Below are positions 16,987 through 25,734 of a DNA stretch of 34,597 nucleotides, piece by piece (position 1 is the stretch's first letter; every line of letters begins with the position of its first letter). Under the pieces are notes generated by a model. That model saw only the letters and a list, made by a program, of their open reading frames with translations. It was not told the origin of the DNA and did not search any database. Both the position numbers and the translations under genes were made by a program. The stretch is from the NCBI GenBank assembly GCA_964508385.1, contig CAZDTM010000001.1:2709-37305 (forward strand), read 5' to 3'. This stretch comes from Candidatus Woesearchaeota archaeon. GTDB taxonomy: Archaea; Nanobdellota; Nanobdellia; SCGC-AAA011-G17; UBA489.

Positions 16987-17325
16987 TTAGAATTCTTCAA
17001 ACTCTTCGACTTCTTTGAGATAACCGTTTTTCTTGAGCCAGTTAATCTGTGTCTGCCTGTACTTGAAAATGATGTCTCCTTTTTCATCTCCTCCCTGCTC
17101 CCATGGCTCAACAAGGACAAGATCCCCTTCTCTCACCCATAGTTTTCTCTTTAACCTACCGGGAATGCGACAAATTCTTGACTTTCCGTCTGTGCAGCGC
17201 ACGCGCATGCGGGAGCCGCCTAAACGCTGATCAAGGGTCCCGAAGACTTCACGCCCGCGTGGAATTTTCACCCGGCGAATTTCCTCTTCCTCAGTCACTT
17301 CTTCATGATGTCGTTCGTTGGCCAT
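16987..17325 (-). CDS. eif1a: translation initiation factor aIF-1A
   Basis: 112 aa with an S1-like OB core: MRVRCTDGKSRICRIPGRLKRKLWVREGDLVLVEPW. Confidence 0.9.
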   Translation of the reverse strand: MANERHHEEVTEEEEIRRVKIPRGREVFGTLDQRLGGSRMRVRCTDGKSRICRIPGRLKRKLWVREGDLVLVEPWEQGGDEKGDIIFKYRQTQINWLKKNGYLKEVEEFEEF

Positions 17326-17344
17326 AGAGGACCTGTTCTACTCG

Positions 17345-17354
17345 TTTTTATAAA
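17345..17354 (-). promoter_or_regulatory. candidate TATA box for aIF-1A (leaderless spacing)
   Basis: The minus strand reads TTTATAAAAA, centred about 25 nt upstream of the ATG at 17325. Confidence 0.45.
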
Positions 17355-17435
17355 CCTTTCCAGAAGAATGGCTTTGCGCAGCAGACCTGCGGCCTGCGAT
17401 AGAGGGGTGGTTTTTGTGCAAGGCTCAGAAGAAGC

Positions 17436-19736
17436 TTATTCTCGGCGAATTGCCACATCAACGATCAAGTAGAGCAAGATTACTGCGGCGAAGGCGATGA
17501 GGATGTTGATGAGAACCAATCCAAGTGACGCTGATTTTCCGCACTTTCCTTCTTCACAGATACCTATCTTGCATTCATAATCATAAACGCAACTCAGACC
17601 GTTTGACTTTTGAAGAGTAATCTTGTAGGCATCGCTGCAGTAGACGCTTTCTACTCTCTCTCCCGCCTGCAGGCATACTTCGATGTTGTCTGGGCTGCTA
17701 TACAAACAGGCATTGGGGCATTTGTTTTCGATGCACGCTGGACAGATTGCACCGCCGCAGTCGACGCCTGTTTCATCCTGATTTTGTGTGCCATCAGTGC
17801 AACTCTCAGTTGTTTCATTTGCAGGTATACTTCCACAGGGCGAGCATGGACCGCCGCAGTCGACGCCTGTTTCATCCCCGTCCTGCTGTTCGTTGGTGCA
17901 ACTGTCTTCACCGTCAGAAACCTCAGATGAGATTGTCTGTGCTGCTCCCACATCGATCGTCACTTCGGCAAATCTCTGTTGCGTTGGGTAGTCAAGCGTC
18001 ACTGTTTCTGCGAAGTCTCCACCGGGATCCTCATACATCAAAGAAACACCGTAATTTGACAGCCCTCTTGTTGATGTTCCATCTTTCCGTGTTGTGATGC
18101 CCGTGAAGGTTCCTTGCACTCCCACCCCGGAGGTTCCCCTTGTTTCGAATGTCAACCCAATTTGCTCGTCAGTTGAATTCTCGTCAAACTTTGATGCGTC
18201 TGTCTCCAAGGTTACCGCATATGTTGACCCTGAAGGAACTGTCGTGATGAGGACGGCGCCGCCAGCTGCCACGATGTTGACTGTGGAAGAACCGATGGTT
18301 CCGTCTGCATTCAAGTCAACAAGCAAAGGATTTCCTGACGAGGTGGTTATATTAAACGCTACAGAGAGGGTGCCTACTGTCAAGGTTCCTGTTCCTACTG
18401 TCGTTCCTGAGCCATTCACATAGGAAACACCAATCTCTTTATTCTGCGCAACATCGTAGAACCTCACAGCACTCGAAACCGTGTCGAGCTGCGTGTATCG
18501 CACCACATAGGTAACGCCGGTTGGTGTGTTTGTGTTGGTCACCACAAAATAGTTGTTGAGCGCTATTTGAGTATCCTCTTTGATTACCAACGTATCTGCT
18601 TGATCGCCAAGACCAAGGCTTCCTCCGCGGTTTGTTAAGAACGGAATTGAAGACAGGGTATTTCCTGCAGTGTTTACGAAAGACAGTTTGTACTCGCTGT
18701 TTCCACTTGCCGGCGTCAATGCTATTTTGTTGACCGTCGCTTCCCTCAGGCCGTGGTACGTAATGTCCCAGTTTGCGAGCAGGCTGTTTTGGTCTTCAAG
18801 GTATTTCTTGAGGCCTTCATCCTCGGGAACAAAGATCTCGCGTGTTGATGCCAGACGATATTTAATCTTGCTAATGCTGAGGATCGTCCCTGATTTTGTT
18901 GCAACGATGTTCACAAAGCCCTTGTTTATCTTTTTCTTATTTACTTCTACGGAATGCTCGAAACTGTTGTCCTGGTAGTTTGAATCGGTAAACCTAATGA
19001 TTTTTCCCCCAACAAAGAGTTGCGCCATGTTTTTTCCATCGCTGTTCACCAGTATTTTTGAAACGCCAACCATGACCCCGTCGCTCAGGGCATGTATTTC
19101 CCCTTCTGCAAGACTCTCTTGAAGTGGCGAGCCGTCGATGGAGAGCGATGCCTCTTTGCCAGAAGTCTCGACGCGGTCAAGCTTGATGAGGTGCGTCTTC
19201 CCATCGACCGTGAATGATCGTTGTTCCAGTTCAGTCAAGAGCGCGAGAGAAACTCCTGTTGCAAGATCAAGCGTTATCTTTGTCCCGTCCGTTGTGGCAG
19301 TTACGAACGTGTATGGCTCATTAAACAGGTTGAGGCTCTTTTCCGGCAGGTCTTCAAGAACAGTTCCTGCAATATTGCTGTCCAGCCCGTCGTCAAAGTC
19401 TATTTCGTACTCGAAGAAGGCATTTGCTGTGGTGGTGCCGTCATCCACAAACAGGAAGTCTGAAACGACGCCGTCTTCATTCTCTTTAAGCGTCACATAA
19501 GGAAGACTCAAATTGCCAAAACGGAGGTATTGGGCATAATCTGTTTTTCCCTGCTTCGTTGATATGGTCCCGCCAGCCAGTTCAGAAAGCTCCTGGCTTG
19601 TAAAGGACTGAACAACATTCCCCAGTGTTTCGCTGATTCCTAGCCGGTCTGATGAGGTTTCAACACTTGTAGAACTTGCGTGGACTGCTGTAGCAAAAAT
19701 CAGTAGTAGCACTCCACAAACAAGAATGGATTTCAT
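17436..19736 (-). CDS. S-layer-like / surface glycoprotein candidate with a C-terminal membrane anchor
   Basis: 766 aa. Signal peptide MKSILVCGVLLLIFATAVHASS and a Thr/Ser/Gly/Val-rich beta-type body with many N-x-S/T sequons. Two Cys modules of the form C..Q..DETGVDCGG..C..C. C-terminal TM segment LGLVLINILIAFAAVILLYLIV followed by RRE. Confidence 0.6.
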   Translation of the reverse strand: MKSILVCGVLLLIFATAVHASSTSVETSSDRLGISETLGNVVQSFTSQELSELAGGTISTKQGKTDYAQYLRFGNLSLPYVTLKENEDGVVSDFLFVDDGTTTANAFFEYEIDFDDGLDSNIAGTVLEDLPEKSLNLFNEPYTFVTATTDGTKITLDLATGVSLALLTELEQRSFTVDGKTHLIKLDRVETSGKEASLSIDGSPLQESLAEGEIHALSDGVMVGVSKILVNSDGKNMAQLFVGGKIIRFTDSNYQDNSFEHSVEVNKKKINKGFVNIVATKSGTILSISKIKYRLASTREIFVPEDEGLKKYLEDQNSLLANWDITYHGLREATVNKIALTPASGNSEYKLSFVNTAGNTLSSIPFLTNRGGSLGLGDQADTLVIKEDTQIALNNYFVVTNTNTPTGVTYVVRYTQLDTVSSAVRFYDVAQNKEIGVSYVNGSGTTVGTGTLTVGTLSVAFNITTSSGNPLLVDLNADGTIGSSTVNIVAAGGAVLITTVPSGSTYAVTLETDASKFDENSTDEQIGLTFETRGTSGVGVQGTFTGITTRKDGTSTRGLSNYGVSLMYEDPGGDFAETVTLDYPTQQRFAEVTIDVGAAQTISSEVSDGEDSCTNEQQDGDETGVDCGGPCSPCGSIPANETTESCTDGTQNQDETGVDCGGAICPACIENKCPNACLYSSPDNIEVCLQAGERVESVYCSDAYKITLQKSNGLSCVYDYECKIGICEEGKCGKSASLGLVLINILIAFAAVILLYLIVDVAIRRE
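17751..17877. repeat. in-frame direct repeat (28-nt perfect cores, 99 nt apart) encoding the duplicated Cys module
   Basis: ACCGCCGCAGTCGACGCCTGTTTCATCC occurs at 17751-17778 and again at 17850-17877. Confidence 0.85.
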
Positions 19737-19773
19737 TCGCCTCTCTTTCCTTGCCCTTAGAGATGGGTTTCCC

Positions 19774-19783
19774 TTTAAAAAAG
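19774..19783 (-). promoter_or_regulatory. candidate TATA box for the S-layer-like gene
   Basis: The minus strand reads CTTTTTTAAAGGG about 42 nt upstream of the ATG at 19736. A GAGAGG Shine-Dalgarno-like element lies just before the ATG. Confidence 0.35.
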
Positions 19784-19787
19784 ATTC

Positions 19788-20108
19788 CTATGCTCCTGTA
19801 AGACGGAAGAGAACGGTGACGCGATAGATATCTCTGCTTGTTTCTCTGTCTCGCGTGTGAATTGTTCGTGAGAGCGTCAGTGTGCCTTTAAACTGCCGTT
19901 TCAACTGCTTTCCGATTGCTAATGCGAGGTGCCTGTCGGAGATGAAAATGTCGGTTCCTGTTTTGAGAAGTTCTTCCTTAGCAACCCATGCAGCCTGTTT
20001 CTTCTTGACTGCGCCATACACAAACTTGACGAGATCTTCACTGGCTGGACGCAATTGAATGACTGCTTCAAAATAGCCTTGGTGTTTAGACTGAGATGGC
20101 GTGGGCAT
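19788..20108 (-). CDS. NMD3-related domain protein (short form lacking Zn-ribbons), tentative
   Basis: 106 aa. GYFEAVIQLR resembles the NMD3/COG1499 core motif, but there are no CxxC pairs. Overlaps the DUF424 gene by 23 nt. Confidence 0.35.
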   Translation of the reverse strand: MPTPSQSKHQGYFEAVIQLRPASEDLVKFVYGAVKKKQAAWVAKEELLKTGTDIFISDRHLALAIGKQLKRQFKGTLTLSRTIHTRDRETSRDIYRVTVLFRLTGA

Positions 20109-20391
20109 GGGGAACCTCCCCGATCATGATAACTGACTCTCTGCTGATGATCCCTGCAGCAATACCTGCTTCTACCGCTTCCTTTCCAAGAAGGTTGCAG
20201 TTTGTTGCATCCTTGAGGAGGTCGATTGTTTTTGCTGCAGACTTTTTTTCTCCTTTGTAAAACTGTTTGGTCGCTGTGATTTCCATGTTCTTCCCCTTGA
20301 TTTTCTTTCCAATGAGAGCAGCATCGCACACGGCGATGACTATTCTCTGTTGAAACCGCTCTCCTGAAGAATGAATTTTGACATACATCAT
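20086..20391 (-). CDS. DUF424-family protein
   Basis: 101 aa. MMYVKIH...IAVCDAALIGK...NLLGKEAVEAGIAAGII...GEVPHAHAI matches my recollection of DUF424, which usually sits next to aIF-2 beta. Confidence 0.55.
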   Translation of the reverse strand: MMYVKIHSSGERFQQRIVIAVCDAALIGKKIKGKNMEITATKQFYKGEKKSAAKTIDLLKDATNCNLLGKEAVEAGIAAGIISRESVIMIGEVPHAHAISV

Positions 20392-20801
20392 ATCTTTGCC
20401 TTAATGGGATGTTTTGCCCCGCACGCCGTGCATTTCATCATGAGAACGCGTTCTTCTCTCATGAGTTGCGTGTCTGGCTTGTGGCACTCTTTGCAGAGAA
20501 CAAAATCATCGCAATACTGCTCAATTTTTTTGTTGATGCTGTTGGAGGGAAGTTTTCTTCCCAAAACCAGTCTTGGGCCGTCAATGGAGGCGGGAGTCGC
20601 AAGTTCTCGCTGAAGGTATTTGAGAAGATGCTCCTGCTCTCTTCTCGTGATGGAGCATATCTGCGCAAAGTTTGAGATGACGGTTTTATTTCCCTGGATG
20701 TGCCCTATCACCTTTGGTATCTCAAAGCGCTCATCACTCGTCTTCTTGTCTGGGAGCTTTTGTTTTGCCTGTTTCAATAGTGTCATATAATCAAAGGTCA
20801 T
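20388..20801 (-). CDS. eif2b: translation initiation factor aIF-2 beta subunit
   Basis: 137 aa. Has the ERFEIPK..G.KT.I.NF core, the LLKYLQRELAT motif, and a C-terminal C4 zinc ribbon (CKECHKPDT...CTACG). Confidence 0.9.
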   Translation of the reverse strand: MTFDYMTLLKQAKQKLPDKKTSDERFEIPKVIGHIQGNKTVISNFAQICSITRREQEHLLKYLQRELATPASIDGPRLVLGRKLPSNSINKKIEQYCDDFVLCKECHKPDTQLMREERVLMMKCTACGAKHPIKAKI

Positions 20802-20821
20802 AGAAGCACGCGCGGCCTTGC

Positions 20822-20831
20822 TTTTTTAAAT
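20822..20831 (-). promoter_or_regulatory. candidate TATA box for the aIF-2beta/DUF424/NMD3-like operon
   Basis: The minus strand reads ATTTAAAAAAG, centred about 25 nt upstream of the ATG at 20801. Confidence 0.4.
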
Positions 20832-20841
20832 GTTGTTGTGG

Positions 20842-21525
20842 CTACAGGCGCTTGTAGTGCCCTGGTTTAAACTGATAGATCTCTCCTTCGTTCACCAGGG
20901 CGTCAACAAGGGTCATGAGGGCCTGGCGCGAGATCATGAGCTTTTGCTCGAGATCAACGAGTGAGATCCCTTCTTCAGCACCAGTGATGAGCGTGAGAAG
21001 TTGCTTTGTGGAGGAAGAAGGCTCTTTTGCTGGTAACGTGGAGGCCCCTTCCTTGTGATCGTCTTGTGTTGGTCGTTGCCCTTCTTGGATTGTTATGCTT
21101 CTGAGGGACACTTGTTTTGAGAGCGCCAGCATCCGTGAGAGCAGCCAATGGGGGTCATCGAGAATCTTCACGACTTCTGCGGTCATGTACCTCTCATCAT
21201 TGTATTCCTTCACAAGACCACAGCAGTTGACTAGATCCCCACTTTTTACTTCCTGTATTCTCTTGAGATCTTCTTTGAATGCTTTGATGCGAATCGTACC
21301 TGTGCCATCATCGATCGTTAGCGAACCAAAAGAGCCATCCTGATTGATGTAACTGTCTACTGCGGTTCCGATAAGATTAACTCGCACGACGTTCTTTCCC
21401 CTTACTGCAAATGTACCAGAAAAAGCATCTTGGTCTCCGACAACGTAGGCGCTACCGAGCACGTCGGCGATCCAAAGCTGGTGAGCAGTCTGTCGTTGTT
21501 CCATGTTTAAATCTTTGATATCCAT
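20842..21525 (-). CDS. RPA32/Stn1-like OB-fold protein with a C-terminal winged helix
   Basis: 227 aa. The OB core is VRVNLIGTAVDSY...LTIDDGTGTIRIKAF...GDLVNCCGLVKEYNDERYM. The C-terminal wH is ISLVDLEQKLMISRQALMTLVDALVNEGEIY. Overlaps the mcm 3' end by 19 nt. Confidence 0.6.
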   Translation of the reverse strand: MDIKDLNMEQRQTAHQLWIADVLGSAYVVGDQDAFSGTFAVRGKNVVRVNLIGTAVDSYINQDGSFGSLTIDDGTGTIRIKAFKEDLKRIQEVKSGDLVNCCGLVKEYNDERYMTAEVVKILDDPHWLLSRMLALSKQVSLRSITIQEGQRPTQDDHKEGASTLPAKEPSSSTKQLLTLITGAEEGISLVDLEQKLMISRQALMTLVDALVNEGEIYQFKPGHYKRL

Positions 21526-24500
21526 CCACGCCGCGGCTCAAAGATCTCTCCTTCCCTCTTTAAGCGGTCAATTACCTCTTCGACCTCTGCTTCTGTGAGC
21601 TTCTTTTCTGCTGCTTCGGAGATAATGTCCTCAATAGGAATTGTCTTTTTTCCTTGGGCTTCCATTTCAGTGATAATCTCACGGATAACAATAATTTTGT
21701 TTCGAGCAGATGCAGGAATTCCTGTCGAGATTCTGTCGATGTCAAGCTGCCCAGTTTCATAATCGAAACCAACTTGCATTAAGCAGTATTTGAGAATGTT
21801 AATCGCCCGTTTTGCGTCGCCGCGAATCACCTTGTCTGAGAGCCGAACACGGGCAGATGCTTCTGCGAGCCTGATGAGCGCTTCAAGTTGCCTGGCTGAG
21901 ATAGGAATAGGCCTCACTCCCTCCTCGGTTCCACTGCCTGAGTTTCTTAGTTCTACATAAAATGATTTCATCTCATCAATCGCGCCGGCAGTTAACTTTG
22001 GGTGAACTTTCTGCCGCACGTATGCAACATACTTCTTGATGAAAGACGTCGAGACCTCTGGTTCAGCGAGCTGCGGATCCCTCTGAACATCAAGAATGTG
22101 TGAAGCGATCTTTGTGTCCTTCTCCTTGTTCGGCAGATCTCGTACAGGGAAGATCAGATCAAACCTGTTGATCAGTGCGGGCGGAAGATCAATTTGTGAT
22201 GCGATGGGCTGGTAGGGATCAAAGCGCCCGAACTTTGGGTTGGCCGCAGCAAGGAGTGTTGTTCTTGCGCGGAGCGTCGCCTGGATGTTGGCTTTGCTGA
22301 TGGTGACGGTGTTATGCAGCACTAAACCTTCGCTGATGAATGTTTTCGTTGGCTCCACAGTAACGTCATACGCCCAGGGGATGTCGCAGTTTTTGATGAC
22401 GCGAACATTCTTGACTCTTACTGTCGTTATCTCTCCAGCAAGATAGTCCCCAATAGACTCTACCTTTTTTCTTAGGTCCTCAATTTTTTTTCTTGCTGCG
22501 TCTTTCATGATTTTGCTGTAGTGCTCGCTTTTCCTTCTTTCAAGATTGTACACCGTTGATGCGCTTACTTTCATTCGTTTTGCAAGGTCGGCAACACTGA
22601 CTCGTGCAGTGCGCCTTATTTCTCGAGCGTTGCCGTTCTTTAAGACGTCGTCAACCATTTCAAGTCGGTCCTTTAGTCCATTTAGGTATCTTAGCACTGT
22701 TTTGCGGTGCGAATTATGGTTGTCTTTTATGTGGCGTATAAAGTATCCGTCACTTAGGCCTAATTCCTTGAGCGCATTATTTAATTCACGAACAATATAC
22801 TTTGGGACATTTTCTCGTGAATTTGCTTTTTTCTTGCTGTTTGTCACCACATTCATTGCTTTTTCGTATCGTGCATCACTCTTCTCAAGGATGCACTCAG
22901 AAAAACGTTCTAGACTTCGTGTACCGGCAACATACACCTTGAAGTACGTCTTTCCCTTTGCTTGAAATGTATGAATGTAGCTCCAGATTCCCTGTTGCAG
23001 GAGGATATCTTGGTAATCCTTTGCAAGGCCGTATGATCCGGTAGAATAGCCAAGATGATTCGCGTCCACTATTCCATCTCCTCTAAATGCGGTCTTCAAA
23101 AATTCGCATTGGAGTGAACCCTCCATTGTTCGGATGATGTTGCCTGTTTGTTTGTATACTGCTTTTTTTGCTATGCCTTCAAAGTTTCCTTTAATGAAGT
23201 TATATGCCCTGAGTGATGGAAGCCTCGTTGTGGTGAGGTCTTTCTTTGCCTTCGCATTTGTGTAAGCATAACGAATATTCGTTTGAGGAGAACTATTGAA
23301 TACGCGCTCAAACAGAAGACGCACTTCATCATTTATTACGCTGTCTGTGTTAGAGATACCGATTTCTGCATAGTGTGTTCGCGGGAGATAATAGGTATGT
23401 CCTTCTGAGACAAGATATCCTAAGAATCTTGCCATGTCTTTGTCGATATATGCGGGTGTTGCTATCTGTTTTCTTCCTTGTAGAGCGATGACTGGCGCGA
23501 GAAGTTGGCTCTTCTTCTGTGTCTGAATGCTCTGTGGTGCGGGGGCAGTCATTCCTGGTCGTACATGGATAGCTGCCACCTCCTCAATGCCATTTTCTCC
23601 GTAGACAAAGAGAGGGTGTTCTGGTGTTACCCTGATTGATCTTCCATTTGAGTACTCAATTTCAACAAAATGCTTTGGCGCCTTGTGCCTGCTTACGCGA
23701 TTCACTTTTATTGGAAATATTTCTTTGAAATCTGTGGTGAGGACCTCTATGTTGTTGACACCAAGGACTTCACAATCCCCAACAGAGGCTACTTTTTCCC
23801 TGTTTGAATCAAGGAGAGCATCAACAAAGTTTCCGATCTTTCTTACAGAGCCGTCTGCAAACATGAGTTCTGTGTCTGGGTGGTATGATTGCTGGGCGAG
23901 CGCCTCATGAAGGGCCGAGGTGTCTTCCTTCGTCATTTTATCCATCTCATCAAGAAGAAGGAATCCGCCGTTGGCCAAGACGATTGCTCCTGCTTCAAGC
24001 GCCCATCCTCGCAAGAACTCATCCTTTACAACGGAGGCGGTAATGCCTGCCGATGTTGTTGAACGCCCTGCGATGTATCTCGCTTTTGGAGCTGCTTTTG
24101 CCATATACATGAGGATCGTAGATTTTGCTGCTCCCGGGTCTCCTACGAGAAGCATGTGGATGTCCCCCTTTGTTGTTGTGCCGTCCGGCCTTTCCTTTCT
24201 CACGCCGCCCATCAACTGCAGGACGAGAGCATTTTTGATATCCTCGTGCCCAAACACCGAAGGGGAGATGGACCTGCCTAATTTGTTGTAAATCTCTGGG
24301 TCGGCTGCGAACGCCTTAATCTTTTCTTCGTCTTCCGGCGTGATGACAATGTCCTCATAGGTTTCGTCGATTGGCTCGATGAAATTAGTTTCTGCCATGA
24401 TATCGTAACGCGTAGACTGACCACCGCTCTTCGCTTGAATAGGGATCTCCTTGATGACTCCATTAACTCTGACTTTCGCGCCCGGCGTTGTTTTCTTCTC

Positions 24501-25103
24501 CATCTTCGGCTCAACGAGATCTTCCCTGAGAAACACGGCGATTCTTTTTGACTGCTCTCCCCCCTCGAGAGCTTCAGACGCCTCCTCAACAATCAGCCTT
24601 TGTGTGTCAACCAGTTCCCGATGAACTACCTTGAATTTTCCTCGTCTTCCGCAGGAGCACCTGCTGGGCTCTTTGAATGTTTGCTCTGTCTGCGCGATGG
24701 TGAGGTGATTGCCGCACGTTGGGCACTCAAAACGCGCAGAGATGACTTGGGGCCGGACGTCAGAAGTCTGTCTCACAATGCCATCAAAAGCGACGATCTT
24801 GTCCAAATGTTTGCTTCTAATGTCCCGAATCTTGATGGCCTGTGATTCTGGCAACGCCCGGATGCGGATCTTTACATTCTTCTTCTCTGCAATATCAAAC
24901 TGCTCGAGCGCTACTTCCGACATCTTGAGCGTTTCTTCTGGCTCCATCAGCAACAGCTCGGCGAGCTCGGGGTCGTACTTTGCTAGATCAGAAAACTCGA
25001 TAACCAGGGAACTCTCTCCTTTTTCTACAATGTCGTGAAGCTTAGACTTGTACGTAAGATCAAAGAATTCATGGAACTTATCAATTTGCTCTTGAATCTC
25101 CAT
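21507..25103 (-). CDS. mcm: MCM replicative helicase, interrupted by an intein
   Basis: Zn finger CPTCGN...CSCG. Walker A GDPGAAKS, Walker B FLLLDEMDKM, and arginine-finger region NRFDLIF. 1198 aa with the intein, about 672 aa without it. Confidence 0.92.
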   Translation of the reverse strand: MEIQEQIDKFHEFFDLTYKSKLHDIVEKGESSLVIEFSDLAKYDPELAELLLMEPEETLKMSEVALEQFDIAEKKNVKIRIRALPESQAIKIRDIRSKHLDKIVAFDGIVRQTSDVRPQVISARFECPTCGNHLTIAQTEQTFKEPSRCSCGRRGKFKVVHRELVDTQRLIVEEASEALEGGEQSKRIAVFLREDLVEPKMEKKTTPGAKVRVNGVIKEIPIQAKSGGQSTRYDIMAETNFIEPIDETYEDIVITPEDEEKIKAFAADPEIYNKLGRSISPSVFGHEDIKNALVLQLMGGVRKERPDGTTTKGDIHMLLVGDPGAAKSTILMYMAKAAPKARYIAGRSTTSAGITASVVKDEFLRGWALEAGAIVLANGGFLLLDEMDKMTKEDTSALHEALAQQSYHPDTELMFADGSVRKIGNFVDALLDSNREKVASVGDCEVLGVNNIEVLTTDFKEIFPIKVNRVSRHKAPKHFVEIEYSNGRSIRVTPEHPLFVYGENGIEEVAAIHVRPGMTAPAPQSIQTQKKSQLLAPVIALQGRKQIATPAYIDKDMARFLGYLVSEGHTYYLPRTHYAEIGISNTDSVINDEVRLLFERVFNSSPQTNIRYAYTNAKAKKDLTTTRLPSLRAYNFIKGNFEGIAKKAVYKQTGNIIRTMEGSLQCEFLKTAFRGDGIVDANHLGYSTGSYGLAKDYQDILLQQGIWSYIHTFQAKGKTYFKVYVAGTRSLERFSECILEKSDARYEKAMNVVTNSKKKANSRENVPKYIVRELNNALKELGLSDGYFIRHIKDNHNSHRKTVLRYLNGLKDRLEMVDDVLKNGNAREIRRTARVSVADLAKRMKVSASTVYNLERRKSEHYSKIMKDAARKKIEDLRKKVESIGDYLAGEITTVRVKNVRVIKNCDIPWAYDVTVEPTKTFISEGLVLHNTVTISKANIQATLRARTTLLAAANPKFGRFDPYQPIASQIDLPPALINRFDLIFPVRDLPNKEKDTKIASHILDVQRDPQLAEPEVSTSFIKKYVAYVRQKVHPKLTAGAIDEMKSFYVELRNSGSGTEEGVRPIPISARQLEALIRLAEASARVRLSDKVIRGDAKRAINILKYCLMQVGFDYETGQLDIDRISTGIPASARNKIIVIREIITEMEAQGKKTIPIEDIISEAAEKKLTEAEVEEVIDRLKREGEIFEPRRGWISKI
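22311..23888 (-). mobile_element. intein (526 aa) with LAGLIDADG endonuclease and an extra HTH segment in MCM
   Basis: Junctions are HEALAQQ / SYHPDTELMF... and ...EGLVLHN / TVTISKANI. Block B is RVTPEHPLF. LAGLIDADG-like motifs are FLGYLVSEGH and FLKTAFRGDGIVD. An XRE-like HTH (IRRTARVSVADLAKRMKVSASTVYNLERRK) lies at about 22530-22628. Confidence 0.85.
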
Positions 25104-25149
25104 CGTCGGTACTCCTGCCTATAGGGATATGAAGATCAAGAAGGGGTGC

Positions 25150-25701
25150 TTACTTCTTGAGTTTCTTTAAGTTAACGATCAGCTGATCGACAGCTTCCTT
25201 CAGCTTTGATTCTGAACGCGTTCCGGTGCAGACAATTTTCCCGTTGCTGAACAGGAGGAATGTTGCCCGCGTTCCATCAAGTTTGTACACCAAACCAGGG
25301 AACTGCTCTGGCTCGTACTCTGTGTTCTCCAATTCAAGTGCGAGTGAGTTGAGATTTAAGTCCATGCCGATGGACCCAGAGGCAACCATGTTTTGTACCT
25401 GGATTTTTGGCTCAATAGTAATTCGAATGCTAATCTTTTCGATGTTTTGGATGATCTTCTTGATTGATTCTTTTACTTTATTTATGGTTTTCGCTCCCGT
25501 ACACACAATCTTTCCGGAACTAAAGATAAGAGCGGAGGTCTTTGGCTCCTTGATGCGCATCACCAAACCAGGAAATTGCTCCGGATTGTACTCTGTGTTT
25601 GGAAGGGTTTCTGCAAGTTTAATCAAAGGGATGTCCTTCCCCAAAGAAGCAGTCGCGACAATGTTTTGAATGGTAATTTCTCTCTTCTGTTTTGAAGCCA
25701 T
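25150..25701 (-). CDS. tbp: TATA-box binding protein
   Basis: 183 aa with two imperfect repeats (IQNIVATASLG...EQFPGLVMRI and VQNMVASGSIG...EQFPGLVYKL). Confidence 0.93.
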   Translation of the reverse strand: MASKQKREITIQNIVATASLGKDIPLIKLAETLPNTEYNPEQFPGLVMRIKEPKTSALIFSSGKIVCTGAKTINKVKESIKKIIQNIEKISIRITIEPKIQVQNMVASGSIGMDLNLNSLALELENTEYEPEQFPGLVYKLDGTRATFLLFSNGKIVCTGTRSESKLKEAVDQLIVNLKKLKK

Positions 25702-25734
25702 TCCTCAACCCCCGGCCCTTTGGGGAGAGAAGAG

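Noticed and set aside
16986-17120. N-terminal 45-aa extension of the KH-domain ORF (track start 17120)
   Set aside because: It would overlap the aIF-1A coding region by 134 nt. The internal ATG at 16985 sits 1 nt after the aIF-1A stop, and the KH fold begins just after it.
17751-17877. 28-nt perfect direct repeats considered as a mini CRISPR-like array
   Set aside because: There are only two copies. They are in frame within a CDS and encode the duplicated DETGVDCGG protein module. No cas genes or leader are present.
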